DNA from: Heterodontus francisci
Taxonomy: Eukaryota
Assembly: GCF_036365525.1 (NCBI RefSeq)
Contig: NC_090412.1
Coordinates: 5,374,123-5,438,122 of the forward strand
Length of the DNA: 64,000 bases
Direction of reading: 5' to 3'
Positions 11,345 through 23,310 of the stretch are shown here, piece after piece. Every line of letters begins with the position of its first letter. Within the stretch, counting starts at the first letter, position 1. Below the pieces are notes generated by a model. It saw only the letters and a list, made by a program, of their open reading frames with translations. It did not search any database and was not told the origin of the DNA. The translations under genes and the position numbers were made by a program.

Positions 11345-13230
11345 GTTTCTAAATCGTTTTGCATGGTAAGTTGATGGAAGTGCAAGCTGCTAACAGCACA
11401 GCATGGAAAACCAGGCACCTGGGTCTTGAAAGAACAGCAACTGTGCATTTCATTTGTCAACCCTGATTGAAGGATTGTGAAATTAACAGCATATGGGTTG
11501 CGAAGGAAATGCAAATTAGAATCAGTGAATTCAATGTCAAATCAGGTACAGAAAGAGAAAGAAAGATTGGATTACGAGAGAGAGAAAACAAAGATCAAAA
11601 AGAAAAGTAACAAAAATGTCTTTAAAATTTTATATTTGATGTTTTTTAAATCTCCATCAAGTACTACCTGAAGGAAGGTGACCCAACTCTTGCAATAGTT
11701 CATTTTCAATGCCAGAGAGGTTGCTTGGTAGTAATTAATGCTTATCACATTGTTAATAGGGTACTTTCACTTGAAATGGCAAGACTGGACTTCCTGTGGC
11801 CCATTTAGTTTGTGTCTACCACATAGAGTCATAGAGTTATAGAGTTTTACAGCACAGAAACAGGCCCTTCGGCCCAACGCGCCTGTGCCGACCATCAAGC
11901 ACCTGTCCTAACTGATCCCATTTCCCCGCACTTGGCCCGTAGCCTTGTATATTATGGCATTTCAAGTGCTCATCTAAATACATCTTGAATGTCGTCAGTG
12001 TTCCTACCTCTACCACCACTTCAGGCAGTGTGTTCCAGATTCCAACAACCCTGTGGGTGAAGAAATGTCTCCTCAACTCTCCTCTAAACCTCCTGCCCCT
12101 TACCTTAAATCTATGCCCCCTAGTTATTGACCCCTCCGCTAAGGGAAAAAGTTTCTTCCTATCTATCCTATCAATGCTCCTCATAATTTTGTATACCTCA
12201 ATCAGGTCCCCCCTCAGCCTTTTCCGCTCCTAGGAAAACAACCCCAGCCTATCCAGTCTGTCTTCATAATTGAAATGCTCCAGCCCAGGCAACATCCTGG
12301 TGAATCTCCTCTGCACCCTCTCATTGCAATCACATCCTTCCAATAGTGTGGTGCCCAGAACTGTACACAGTACTCCAGCTGTGGCCTAACCGGCGTTTTA
12401 TACAGCTCCATCATAACCTCCCTGCCCTTATATTCTATGCCTCAGCTAATAAAGGCAAGTATCCCATATGCCTTCCTAACCATCTTATCTACCTGTGCTG
12501 CTGCCTTCAGTGACCTATGGCCAAGCACCCCAAGGTCCCTCTGACCCTCTGTACTCCCCAGGGTCCCGTTGTATATTCCATTGCCTTGTTAGACCTCCCA
12601 AAGTGCATCACCTCACACTTCTCATGATTAAACTCCATTTGCCACTGCTCCGCCCATCTTACCAGCCCATCTGTATCGTCCTGTAGTCTGAGGCTTTCCT
12701 CCTCACTATTTACGACACCACCAATTTTCGTGTCGTCTGCGAATTTACTGATCATACCTCCTATATTCACATCTAAATCATTAATGTACACTACAAACAG
12801 TAAGGGTCCCAGCATCGATCCCTGCAGTACCCCACTAGTCACAGGCCTCCATTCACAAAAACAACCTTCGACCATCACCCTGTGCCTCCTTCCACTAGGT
12901 CAATTTTGAATCCAATTTGCCCAATTACCCTGGATCCCATGGGCTTTTACTTTCTTAACCAATCTCCCATGCGGGACCTTATCAAAAGCCTTACTGAAAT
13001 CCATGACTACTTGACTTCAGCAACTTCACACCATACAATGTGTTGCTATGGTAATGCTGAGAGCGAGATGCTGGTTTTAGGATGTTAATGGCTAAGCAGT
13101 ACATCTCGGTTGGCAGCTTTTTTGAATTTCCAGGTTTAGTCGTGCACACCTGCAGTTGCTAAGTCATTTGCACATGAATAATAGAGAGTGCCATTAGCCT
13201 CATCGTTCTTTTGACAGGAAATTCTGGGCC
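11345..13230. mobile_element. Old putative non-autonomous DNA element split by the CR1 at 11823-13008
   Basis: Right end gacaggaaattctgggcc resembles the MITE TIRs in this window. The assignment is from recollection of shark repeats only. Confidence 0.35.
11823..13008 (-). mobile_element. CR1 (HER1-like) LINE, 5'-truncated, frameshifted
   Basis: ORF fragments [34 protein letters not shown] and TRGHRFKV..WNTLP; (catagagt)n tail at about 11823. Confidence 0.93.
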
Positions 13231-13374
13231 ATTTTATGTTGCTATATAGATTTTTAAAAATTTGTTCTTGGGATGCAGGGAACGGTGGCAGGACAGTTGT
13301 CTTTGTGATGGAGAGGATATGTCTTCAGAAGCTCAGCTTGAGATTTGAATAGAACATCAAAGTTGCAAAGGTCT

Positions 13375-13825
13375 GTTTCAAGCTGAGATAATGATTGGGA
13401 GAGGGGTCGGAATCAGTGGCAAGGGTATCGAATTAGTAGCGGGGACCAAAGACAATAGCTTCAGTCTTTCCCAATGCTTAAGTGAAGCAAATTGTGGATC
13501 ATCCAAGAGCGGATGCTGGGCAAGCAATCTGATTATGTAATGGCAGTGGAGGAGTTGAGAGAGGCAGAGCTTAGTGTCATCAGTGAACATGTGGAAGTTA
13601 ACTGCTTCTGGGTGAATATCAACGTGTGCAGTGACGCAAAACTGCCGCCAGTTATACGTCATGTCTGATATGCAGTTTCATTGACTTCAGGTGGGGCATA
13701 TAACTGGCAGATGTGATATTGGCATTTTACTTTCCAGCCCATACTGAATTTCAGCCCCTGTGCCTTCAGATGATGTTGCCAAGAAGTATGTAGTTGAAGA
13801 AGTGGGGCCAAGGATAAATCCTTTT
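13375..13825 (-). mobile_element. Degenerate L2 RT fragment(s)
   Basis: Minus-strand peptide NFHMFTDDTKLCLS (YADDTQL-like). Confidence 0.65.
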
Positions 13826-14807
13826 GGGAAGAGAATCTGTCACCCTTGATGTCATCTGGCCTACTCATGACTCCAGTCCACACTGTGATTAACTGTTAAT
13901 GCCCTGTTTTTTGCCTTATTATTTAAGAAAAAATGTTTTCAGGTTGGATGGTGCAAAGCCCGAAACAAATTCCTTCCTTTATCTTTTCCTTTGCACTTTG
14001 AAGTAGAAAGTTGAGTGTTCTCATAAAATGGTGCCTTTGTTTTTAGTCATTGTGACACATGAAAAGTTCCATCACTATTTTTATATATCCAAACAAAGTT
14101 ACGGACAAAATCCACACAGACAGAGGCGATGCTTGCCTAATATACCAAAAAAGATCCATTAACCTGGAAAGTTTTCACACACAACAGCTTTACTGCCTTT
14201 CTGTTCTGCTATCAGTCACCCGAAGTCAATAGATCCTTCATTCGATATCTGTTTCCATCTCAGGGATGTAGACTGAAAACAACATTAAAACTCAAATATT
14301 TTCTAACCATTGTAAAATAAATGTACTGCAAAATATAAGCAGTTAAGGGGAACTGTTTAAAAAGTGAAGTATTGCATTCTGACAATGCAAATTGGCTTGG
14401 ATACAATTAGTGAGTGAATTACCAGCAGTTTACCCCATGCACTTTCCACAGATTTATTGCTTTCCAAAGACTTAATAGAGCATTTCCTTCTGTTTGAACG
14501 GAAGAGGGGAAAATGAAGATAAAATCTCCTATATTGTTTGGCAGCCAATCTTGGCACCAGTTCCAAGTTGCCAGTGTTTTGACACAGAGGAGCAAGTGTT
14601 TTCCATTTCTCCCAATAGAAAATATGAAGTCAGAGATTTTGAATGCTTTTGGGCTTATTTTCCTTTGGAAATATGTGGCGAGCTAGTGTGAGTGTGGATA
14701 TTTTTAAACTCTAATTACTTCACTTGCTTCACAAATAGAGAGCAAAATTGCAAATGGCAGCCTGTTGACCTCAGTAGAATTCCAGCCTTCCATTGCAAGG
14801 GTATCCA

Positions 14808-15185
14808 TCGAATCATGCAGGACATTTGGCCCATCATGCCTGTACTAGCTCTTTGAAAGAGCTGGCCAATTAGTCCCACCCTCTGTTCTTTCATAGCAAC
14901 TCACTGCATTAAAAAAAGCTCCTCATCTCCACCCTCCCCCCCGCCCCCCCGTTCCTTTACCAATTATCTTCAATCTGTGTCCTCTTGACAGTGGAAACGC
15001 TGCCTCCTTATTTACTCTATCAAAACCCTTTGTAATTTTGGTCACTTATTAAATCTCCCCTTAACCTTCGTTGGTCTAAGGAAAACAACCCCAGCTTCTC
15101 CAGTCTCTCCAAATAACTGAGGTCCCTCATCCTTGGTATCATTCCAGTAAATCTCCTCTGCACCCTCTCCAAGGTCTTGACATCT
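14808..15185 (-). mobile_element. CR1 3' fragment
   Basis: gaaaacaaccccagcttctccagtctctcc...aatctcctctgcaccctctcc matches other minus-strand CR1 copies. Confidence 0.8.
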
Positions 15186-15409
15186 TATGCTCAACTAACA
15201 TATTGGCAGCGTCAAACATTTACAAATGGGCCTCTTCTACTTGTAGCTGGATAGAGATAGATATTAGTACAAGTGATAACTGTAGTGGTGAAAACCTGCC
15301 TTCAGATGCAGAGCATTGACTCTTATAAACTGAATTGCAACTCAAAATGGATGCCTACATTTCTGAATTAATTGTAGTGCTTTGAACTGTTTTGGCCTTT
15401 CTTGCATAT

Positions 15410-15700
15410 CTCTACCACCTAGAAGAACAAGGGCAGCAGACACATGAGAACACCACCATCTACCAGTTCCCCTCCAAGCCACACACCATCGTGACTTGGA
15501 ACTATATCACCGTTCCTTCATTGTCGCTGAGTCAAAAGCCCTGGAACTCCCTTCCTAACAGCACTGTGGGTGTAGCCACACTACATGGACTGCAGTGGTT
15601 CAAGAAGGCGGTTCACCGCCAGCTTCTCAAGTACAATTAGGGATGGGCAATAAATGCTGGCCTTGCCAGCGATGCTCACCCCCAAGATGAATAAAATAAA
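15410..15700 (+). mobile_element. Second CR1-group LINE family (family B), 3' end
   Basis: Peptide PWNSLPNSTV..GLQWFKKAVHRQLLK*; tail tagggatgggcaataaatgctggcc. Confidence 0.75.
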
Positions 15701-17307
15701 AATTGAGGATTCTTGTCTCCATTACTCTACCAGGAAGTCTCTTCCATCTACTGTTCACACTTTCTTTGAAGAGCATCCTGACATCTGTCATAAATTTGCC
15801 TTTTATTAGATTGAACTGACACATTCTGACAATTCAGTTTGAAATACTATTCCAAATTTATCTTTCTGCTCAGTTTTCCCTCATTTCCTTGGACAGCCTG
15901 GGCCACAGTCAACAGACTTCAGTTGAAGGCAAAGTTTGGTGATCTTGACCCAGGGATCCAACTCGATGGCTTCCCGTTGATAATCTAGAGATTTGGTGGT
16001 GTCACCATTTACGCACTAGTTTTATATGCACGTGAGTCTGAAATCAATGCATGTAAGCAAGGGGAAAACCTATTTGAGTCTGAGTAAGGTCCTTTTTGTG
16101 TTTTGAACAGATTTGAAAACCTGTGCTTGGTAAACTGTGTAACATAACAAATTACTGAAATGAGTAACAGAGGTGTGTTTACATCACAGCTGAAACTTAC
16201 AGGAACTTCTGTCATATGAAGCACAAAATAGCAAATGAGTGACGTTATATGTAACTTGTAGCAGTGAAGAACCGATGCATGAAGAAATGTCCAGGTGTAA
16301 TGTTCAGAAGAGAAACAGGCAAAATGTGCAAATTCTTCATTCTGAGATCTGTCGCCCTGCCCAAAAGCACATTGAAGTCGATGGATTCTAATCCCACAGT
16401 GAGGTTGGAGGTCTAAGTGAATAGATGAAATGCAGCACAAGCGTGACACCATTCATTTGACCTAAGTTTAATTGCTCAAAAAGCTGCCTTATTTTCCACA
16501 TTGCACCTGGAGTATTATCATCCTGTGATGAATTAGAACAGCAATGTGAATGGCATCCCATTTTGGGAAAACTAAATTAACACATCACTTAAACGCAATG
16601 AAACGTTTTCTTGAGAGCTAAAAATAATCGTGTAACTTTAGTGCAAGGATGGGTTATCAAAATAGAAAATACACCAGGCTGCCATTGTAAAAAGGTTCGC
16701 ATGTTAAACATTAAAGCTCAATGTAATTTCAGATGATCCTCGTTGTGGGGTTGACTGTCAAGAGAACATCACTAGGAGGAGGACGTAGAGTCATCGAGTC
16801 ATTTGCAGCACAGAAGGGGGCCATTCAGCCCATTGAGTAGATGGTCTGGCTAATACGTAATGCAGACAGGTGATCTACTGATCTCCAATGCATAATGAAA
16901 TTCTAAACTCTAAGTGGAATTAAAATCCTATCAGACAATTTCAATGTAAACCATGATTCCAGGACAAGGGGATGTAGATACAAAGTGGGAAAGGATTGTT
17001 GCCATGAAGCTTCACACAAGCAGTGAATACATTACAACAGTAACTACACCACAAGATATTTTATTGGATTTAAAGAGCTTCGGCACGTTCTGAGGTTGTG
17101 AATGGCATTATATAAATGCAAGTCTGTCTTTCTTTCTATCTTTCCTTCTTTCTGTTTGTCTCTCTCTCTTTCTCTCAATCTGGAATGGTCCTCTGTGCCA
17201 AATCACTGAGGCACAATCTCTGAAGTCATTCAAAAAGCCGTCATTGTATTCAGTTGCAGCTTGAGCTCAATGGGCCAAATAGATATCCTCAATCTGTATT
17301 TATCTAC

Positions 17308-17760
17308 CTTTTTTAAAGTTTGCTCTCAGGTTGTGGGCAGTGCTGGCAAGGCCAGTATTTATTGCCCATCTCAAACTGTCCTTGAGAGGGTGGCGGTGAG
17401 CCGCCCGCCTTGAACCACTGCAGTCCGTGTGGTGCGGATACATCCACAGTGCTGTTAGGAAGGGAGTTTCAGGACTTTGACCCAGTGATAAGGAAGGAAC
17501 AGCGATTATATTTCCAAGTCAGGATGGTGTGACTTGCAGCTGATGGTGTTTCCATGCACCTGGTGCACTTGTCTTTCTACGTGGTAGAGGTCACGGATTT
17601 GGGAGGCACTGTTGAACAATCCTTAGCGAGTTACTGCTGTGAATCCGGTGGATGGTACACACTGCTGCCACTGTGCACTGCTGGTGGAGGGAGTGGATGT
17701 TTAAGGGGGGGTGTGGTGGGGGGGGCGATCAAGTGGTCTGCCAGTCATGCAGTTGACTTG
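17308..17760 (-). mobile_element. LINE family B 3' fragment
   Basis: Reverse complement of the 15410-15700 family; colinear with 59856-60345. Confidence 0.8.
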
Positions 17761-17859
17761 TAGGTTTTGAACCCTCACCAAGGCGAATACTTCCAAGCTG
17801 TACCTTACTTTTAACCTGTGCACCATGAGCACCAGAGTAAAAAATCTTTCATAAGGAGG

Positions 17860-18000
17860 AGGTAGATAAGGGAGAAAGGAATATGTCGATGGGGTGAGAT
17901 GGAGAGGAGTGGAAGGAGGCTTGTATGGAGCATACACACCAGCACAGACCAGTTGGGCTGAATGGGCTGTTTCTCTGCTGTAAATCCTATGTAATTCTCT
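17860..18000 (+). mobile_element. CR1 3' tail
   Basis: ggagcatacacaccagcacagaccagttgggctgaatgggctgtttctctgctgta. Confidence 0.7.
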
Positions 18001-18724
18001 ATAATGTTCTTTGTGGAGGCTCCTGCCAGTGTAGAGATACCCTTAACTTACTGTCACTTTCAGAAATGCAGCAGTAAAGTTTAGACTGTCTTAAAACCTC
18101 AAAGTTTGTTTTTCAATTTTATTGACAAGAAGAATAAACAACAAACCTGCCTCAGTCACAAAATCTTGGAGTCTTCAGTAGTATACTAACACGAACCAGA
18201 CGTCAAGACACTAACCTCTGACATTTGAAGCCAAAGGTCATAATGATGATTACCCTGCAATTTTAAACACTGTGGACATTGGGTTAAACTCTCATAAAGC
18301 ATCCTTTTCTCCAGAATATATTTTTGGTACCTATATAAATTTCAAACATGCTTTGTATCTAACAATCTTTCTTCTAACTTCCTTTTCAGTGGAGTGTCTG
18401 CTTAATGCTGTTAGGGCAGAAGTCACTGTTGAGGAGATCAGTGTTGTATGCACAAGTAGCAGTTATGAGCTGCTATTTATCGGCACCAGGAAAAGTGACA
18501 CCATTTGCAGAACCTTCTAGAAGTAAACTAGGTTTGTCAGCATCTGCAGAGAGAAAAGCCAGGTGAATGTTATGGGTGGTAAAACACCATGTTTTAGATT
18601 GGCAGGTTTTTTTTGTTTTATTGAGGACAGTTTGCAGAGTGAGACCATTGTTGTAAACGTTTCCACAGCCAGAAACCCTTGCAATGAATGAGGTTGAGAC
18701 CTGCCACAGTTGCAATGGAACGTA

Positions 18725-19225
18725 AAAACAACTTGCATTTATATAATGCCTTCAACATAATAAAATGCCCAAGGCAAGTCACAGGAGTTATAATGCAAAA
18801 TTTGACACTGAGCCACATAAGGCAATATTAGGGCAGGTGACCAAAAGTTTGGTCAAAGAGGTAGGTTATAAGGAGCATCTTAAAGGAGCAGAGAGAGGTG
18901 GAGAGCTTTATGGAGGGATTCCAGAGATGAGGGTCCAGGCAGATGAAGGCATGACCGCTAATAGTGGAGCGATTAAAATCACAGATACTCAAGAGGCCAG
19001 AATGAGATGAGCACAGAGACCTTGGGAGTTTTCTGGGGATGGAGGAGATTATAGACATAGGGAGGGGACAAGGCCATTGGAGGGATTTGAAAACAACAAT
19101 GAGAATGTTAAAATCGAGGTATTGCAGGATTTGGAGCCAATGCTGGTCAACGGGCACAGGGGTGATGGGTGAATGGGACTTGGAATGAGGAAGGAAACAG
19201 ACAGACACATTTTGGATGACTTCAT
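18725..19225 (-). mobile_element. L2 LINE 3' fragment
   Basis: Minus-strand peptide SPITPV..HWL..ILIVVFKSL..GHAF..LWN..FKMLL; L2 tail at about 18730. Confidence 0.85.
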
Positions 19226-19576
19226 GTTAGAAGAAACATAAAATCAGAAAACCTGACTCTTGCCTCTATCCTCCTTACAAAGGGAATGCTTATCTTTCAG
19301 TTCCCAGTTCTGATGTAGGACCTGCACCCAAAATGCCAAGCTGTCATTTTCCTTTATGGACATTGGTCTTGCTCTACTCGTTTGTTCATAGTGCACATTT
19401 TCAACATTCACAATTTCTTTCATCCTTCAAACGTTGTTTTATTTTATGGCACAGTAATTAAAAATTCCTGTATGCCAACAGAGTAGCCTTTCCTCCATTC
19501 ACCACTGCAACTGATACCCACTCTATCCAAAGTGAAATAGTAAGTGGCATCTTCTACAAGTGAACCATAGTTGGTG

Positions 19577-19959
19577 CAGGGTTGCCAACTCTGGCTGGGT
19601 TTTGTTACATGACCTCCAGTCTGGAACTGCCCCACCCCCACACTCCCACCATTGGTCCATCCTCCAGGCGCCATTGCCTTCCCACAGCCAATTGGAAATG
19701 GAAGAGACATCTTTATTACCCAGTTGGATGAATCATGATTTGTCAGTGAAACAGCCATCTTCCCACCTCACACCCCACACCCCAATCTTCATTGTTTTAT
19801 TGCTAATAAATAAAAGTGTTCAAAGAAAACTTTAAAAAGCACAACTTCCTTCAAAGCTGCTCTGATTTTTTCTCCTCCGTTTGCTCACAGCAGCGCACTG
19901 GAGATTAATCTTCAATTCCCGGAGACACTCGGGCAATTCTGGAGGGGTTGGCAACCCTG
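19577..19959. mobile_element. hAT-type MITE
   Basis: Perfect 13-bp TIRs CAGGGTTGCCAAC / GTTGGCAACCCTG; 8-bp TSD agttggtg / cgttggtg (7 of 8 match). Confidence 0.88.
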
Positions 19960-20859
19960 CGTTGGTGGCATGAACTAAATATGGAGGAATTCCCAATGGT
20001 GGAAAAGCTTGAGAATAATTTTCAGCTTTTCTCATTGCAATTCGTCAGTACAGTTGGAATTTTTTTTTCACCCCTTTTTAAATTCATTAAGGTCAATGTC
20101 AAGGACATATTTAATAGACTCTTTTATATATTGGAATTGTGACAGGATAAAAAAGCCTTTTGCTGTCTGAAGACAAGCCCCTGATCCCCATAGCAACAAA
20201 GGTCAAAGTGCTACTGAATCAATCACTTCCTAGCTTTGCTGCTAATATTACCTGTATTACTTTAGAGTATTGCAAATGATAGGTGTATGACAGGTACTGT
20301 GTATTTTTTTATATAATGTTATTCGCTTTTTTGTTTGTTTTAAAGTCCTCCTGTGTATTTATTGTGCAAGAGTTTTGTTTAACTAGTCTCAAAGTGTAGT
20401 TTGCCATTGAGATTTGAGTACTGTATTGATCAAGACACTGACTCCCGCATACTCGTTAACATCTGTACTGTTTATGACAGATTGATTAATTACTTCCCCT
20501 GTTGTCTGATCTGGGCCCAGTGCTCAACCTTGGATAGTTTGTCTTGAGCATACTCTGCATCTATGCATTACTAATTTAGATTTAGGGACCAGTCAGCTAA
20601 GGAGACTAGATGCCCAGAACATGTACTAATAAAATGCACCCAGTCCCATTTCTGGGCAAGATGTGGATTAAATTGTGCCTAGCTATGAAAGATCTAACCC
20701 CATCAATCCCTGTGCCGTGAGTTTATATTCTAAGCACATGGCTTTATAGAGGAGATAGCTTCCGAAAACCTGATACGTTAGATTGACATTCCTCTCTTTG
20801 CTATTTCAGTGGAATTGCTATCATTTAAAATGAAAGGGTTTACACCTTCTGAAACCATT

Positions 20860-21280
20860 GCATTGATGTAGCACCTTTTATGACTTCAGGGCATCCAAAA
20901 GCTCTTTACAGCCAACGAAATACTTTAGAAGAATAACCACTGGAAACGCAGGAACAAAGTGCACAGCAAGCTCCCACCAAGCAGCAATATGATAATGACC
21001 AGACAATCTGTTCTGGTGACGTTGATTCAGGGATAAATATCGGCCAGGGCACTGGTGATAACTCCCCTGCTCTTCTTCGAAATAGTGCTGTGGGATCTTT
21101 TACATCCACCTGAGACAACAGATGGAACTTTGCTTTAACATCTCATCTGAAAGATGGCAGCTCCCACAGTGTTGTATTCCCTCAGTGCTGCACTGGCTGC
21201 ATCAGCCATATATTTTGTGCACAAGTCTCAGGAATGGGATCTGAACTCAGAACCTTCTGAGTGCACGTGAGAGTGCTCAT
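20860..21280 (-). mobile_element. DeuSINE, near full length
   Basis: Colinear with the reverse complement of 57632-58098. Confidence 0.85.
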
Positions 21281-21934
21281 TCAACAGTGTCATTTCAAAA
21301 CCATTGTACTTTAAGGCACAAAAGTTTTGAAGAACTTTTCTGTTTAACTGAGTCCTATTATCTGGACCAATTTTACAAACCAAATAGCTGAAAAAAATTA
21401 GAATTTACACCAACTTCCCTTTCTGTGCTAGTGTCTGTCTCTGCTCATTTCTAGGCTATTTTTCATACCTTGAGTTCTGATGACACTATGAAGGATATCA
21501 GCTCCCTCTTTGCACACTAATAGTCTGAGGGAGCTGATTAAGTTCATTACAGATATTCATTTATCTCAAGGTGATTTGACATCTACTCTGCACGATAATT
21601 AAATACCATTGTACTGTCAAATCTAATGACATTTCCAAACCAATATGCTTCATGATGTCATCTGAACTCACTGTTTCAACCAAGGCAAAACAAAGGCAAA
21701 GGATGCAGATCATTATGAACAAAGGTCTGAATGGTGACCTTAATGATGCAGCAACATGGTGACCAAAGGTTCAAAGGTTACATGTGCTGCAGGAAGTAGC
21801 AGCTGTGCAGGTTTTGGGAGGTCCTGGGTTTGATTTACAGTCCGTGCTAAGTTAGTCCAAGTTGTGACTGCTGGAGGGAGGGAGGTGAGGAGGCAGGGGT
21901 CAGCAGTTGACCTCAGCATCCTCATATTAAGAAG

Positions 21935-22150
21935 TTGGAGAGGATTGCCACTGTTTCAAAGAAGATCAGAGGAGTTCTCCCCGGTGCCCTGGCCCAAAAT
22001 GTATCCCTCAACCTGCAACTTTATTTTGTGCAGATTGGCTGCCCTGTTCCTGATGTTACAACAGTGACTACACTTCAAAAGTACTTCTTTGGATGTGAAA
22101 CACTGTGGGTTGGTTTGACATGAAAGGCACTTTAAAAATGCAAGTTCATT
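21935..22150 (+). mobile_element. DeuSINE 3' half, apparently inserted in an older SINE-like element (about 21810-22330)
   Basis: Family 3' half and tail present. The flanks resemble 36785-36945. Confidence 0.7.
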
Positions 22151-22380
22151 TTTTTCTTTTCTTTATCGGCCAGGTCTGGAGATACTTGCGTGCGGTTGCT
22201 AGGTTTGGATAGATCTGGTCTCAGCTGTAATTCCCCAAGCAATTGAGATACACTCAATGCCTATAGTCCAAGTGCATACATGGGCAATAGTTATTTGAGT
22301 GAGGTGCCAGAGGGCACCTCCATCCATAGAATCATAAACACCACATTCAAAAGAGAGCAGGCAAAGGGAGAAACCTTTGG

Positions 22381-23112
22381 GGGTGGAATTTTATGCTCTC
22401 CCCCATGGCGAGTTTGGAGGTGGGGAGAGCATAAAATTGGGTGGGATGGTGGCCAGGGGTTGGGTGGGAGAGGGTGGGAGGCTTTTCTTCAACCTTCCCG
22501 CCTCTGCCAAAATGTAATCCAGGTCTGTGAATGGCCTGTCCACCCTGCTACCAATTGAGGCCCTTAACTGGGCATTTAACCTCCAATTAAGGGCCTCTTC
22601 TTGCCACAGCCACAATTAGCCTTGCGGCAGGCAGTGCTGTCAGTGCATGGGAAGCACGGCACGGACAAACGTGCAGGCTGCTTCCTGGCTCCAGGGCGGG
22701 GTCCCTTGTTAAAAGGCACTCACTGCCTGAATGAGGGACCTGGCGTCAGGAAGGGGGTGTCCTGCTGACAGCCACCCGCCCCTGCCCTTGCTGCCGACCT
22801 TCCTCCCCTGTGACCACCTCTCCCACCACCCCGCAAGACCCCTCTCGCTCTGATCTATCTGAGACCTGGGTCCAGGCGGTAGGTGCTCTTCCGCGGTGGC
22901 GCTGCAGCTGCCTACCTCTGATTGGCTGGGAACTCTCCAAGGGCGGGACTTCTGGCGACGGGGTCCTTGATCCTTGGAAGGCCCGCCACTGTCCATCTAA
23001 GTGCCTGATTGGCACGAGATTCGGCAGGCCTTCCGGAGAACAGGCAACGAGAGGATCTCGGCATCGCTTTTTCTGGATGTCGAGACCCACACTGCCAGAA
23101 TAAAATTCCCCC
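22381..23112. mobile_element. GC-rich MITE (PIF/Harbinger-like)
   Basis: TIRs gggtggaatttta / taaaattccccc; interior motifs (ccaattgaggcccttaa, ctctgattggc) shared with the other copies. Confidence 0.75.
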
Positions 23113-23310
23113 GGAGTGGGTGGAAGAAGTGGGAAGAGCAATTATCATTCACATTCACTCAGTAAATAGTCAGTAGATAATGGGAGTCACTGGATTTCCT
23201 AACACATTCACTAATTAGAAAAATATGACAACTTCCAATTGACAGATCTATGAATCAGTATGAGGGATTCCTCCAGAATAGAATAAATTACATATAATAA
23301 AAATAAACTG

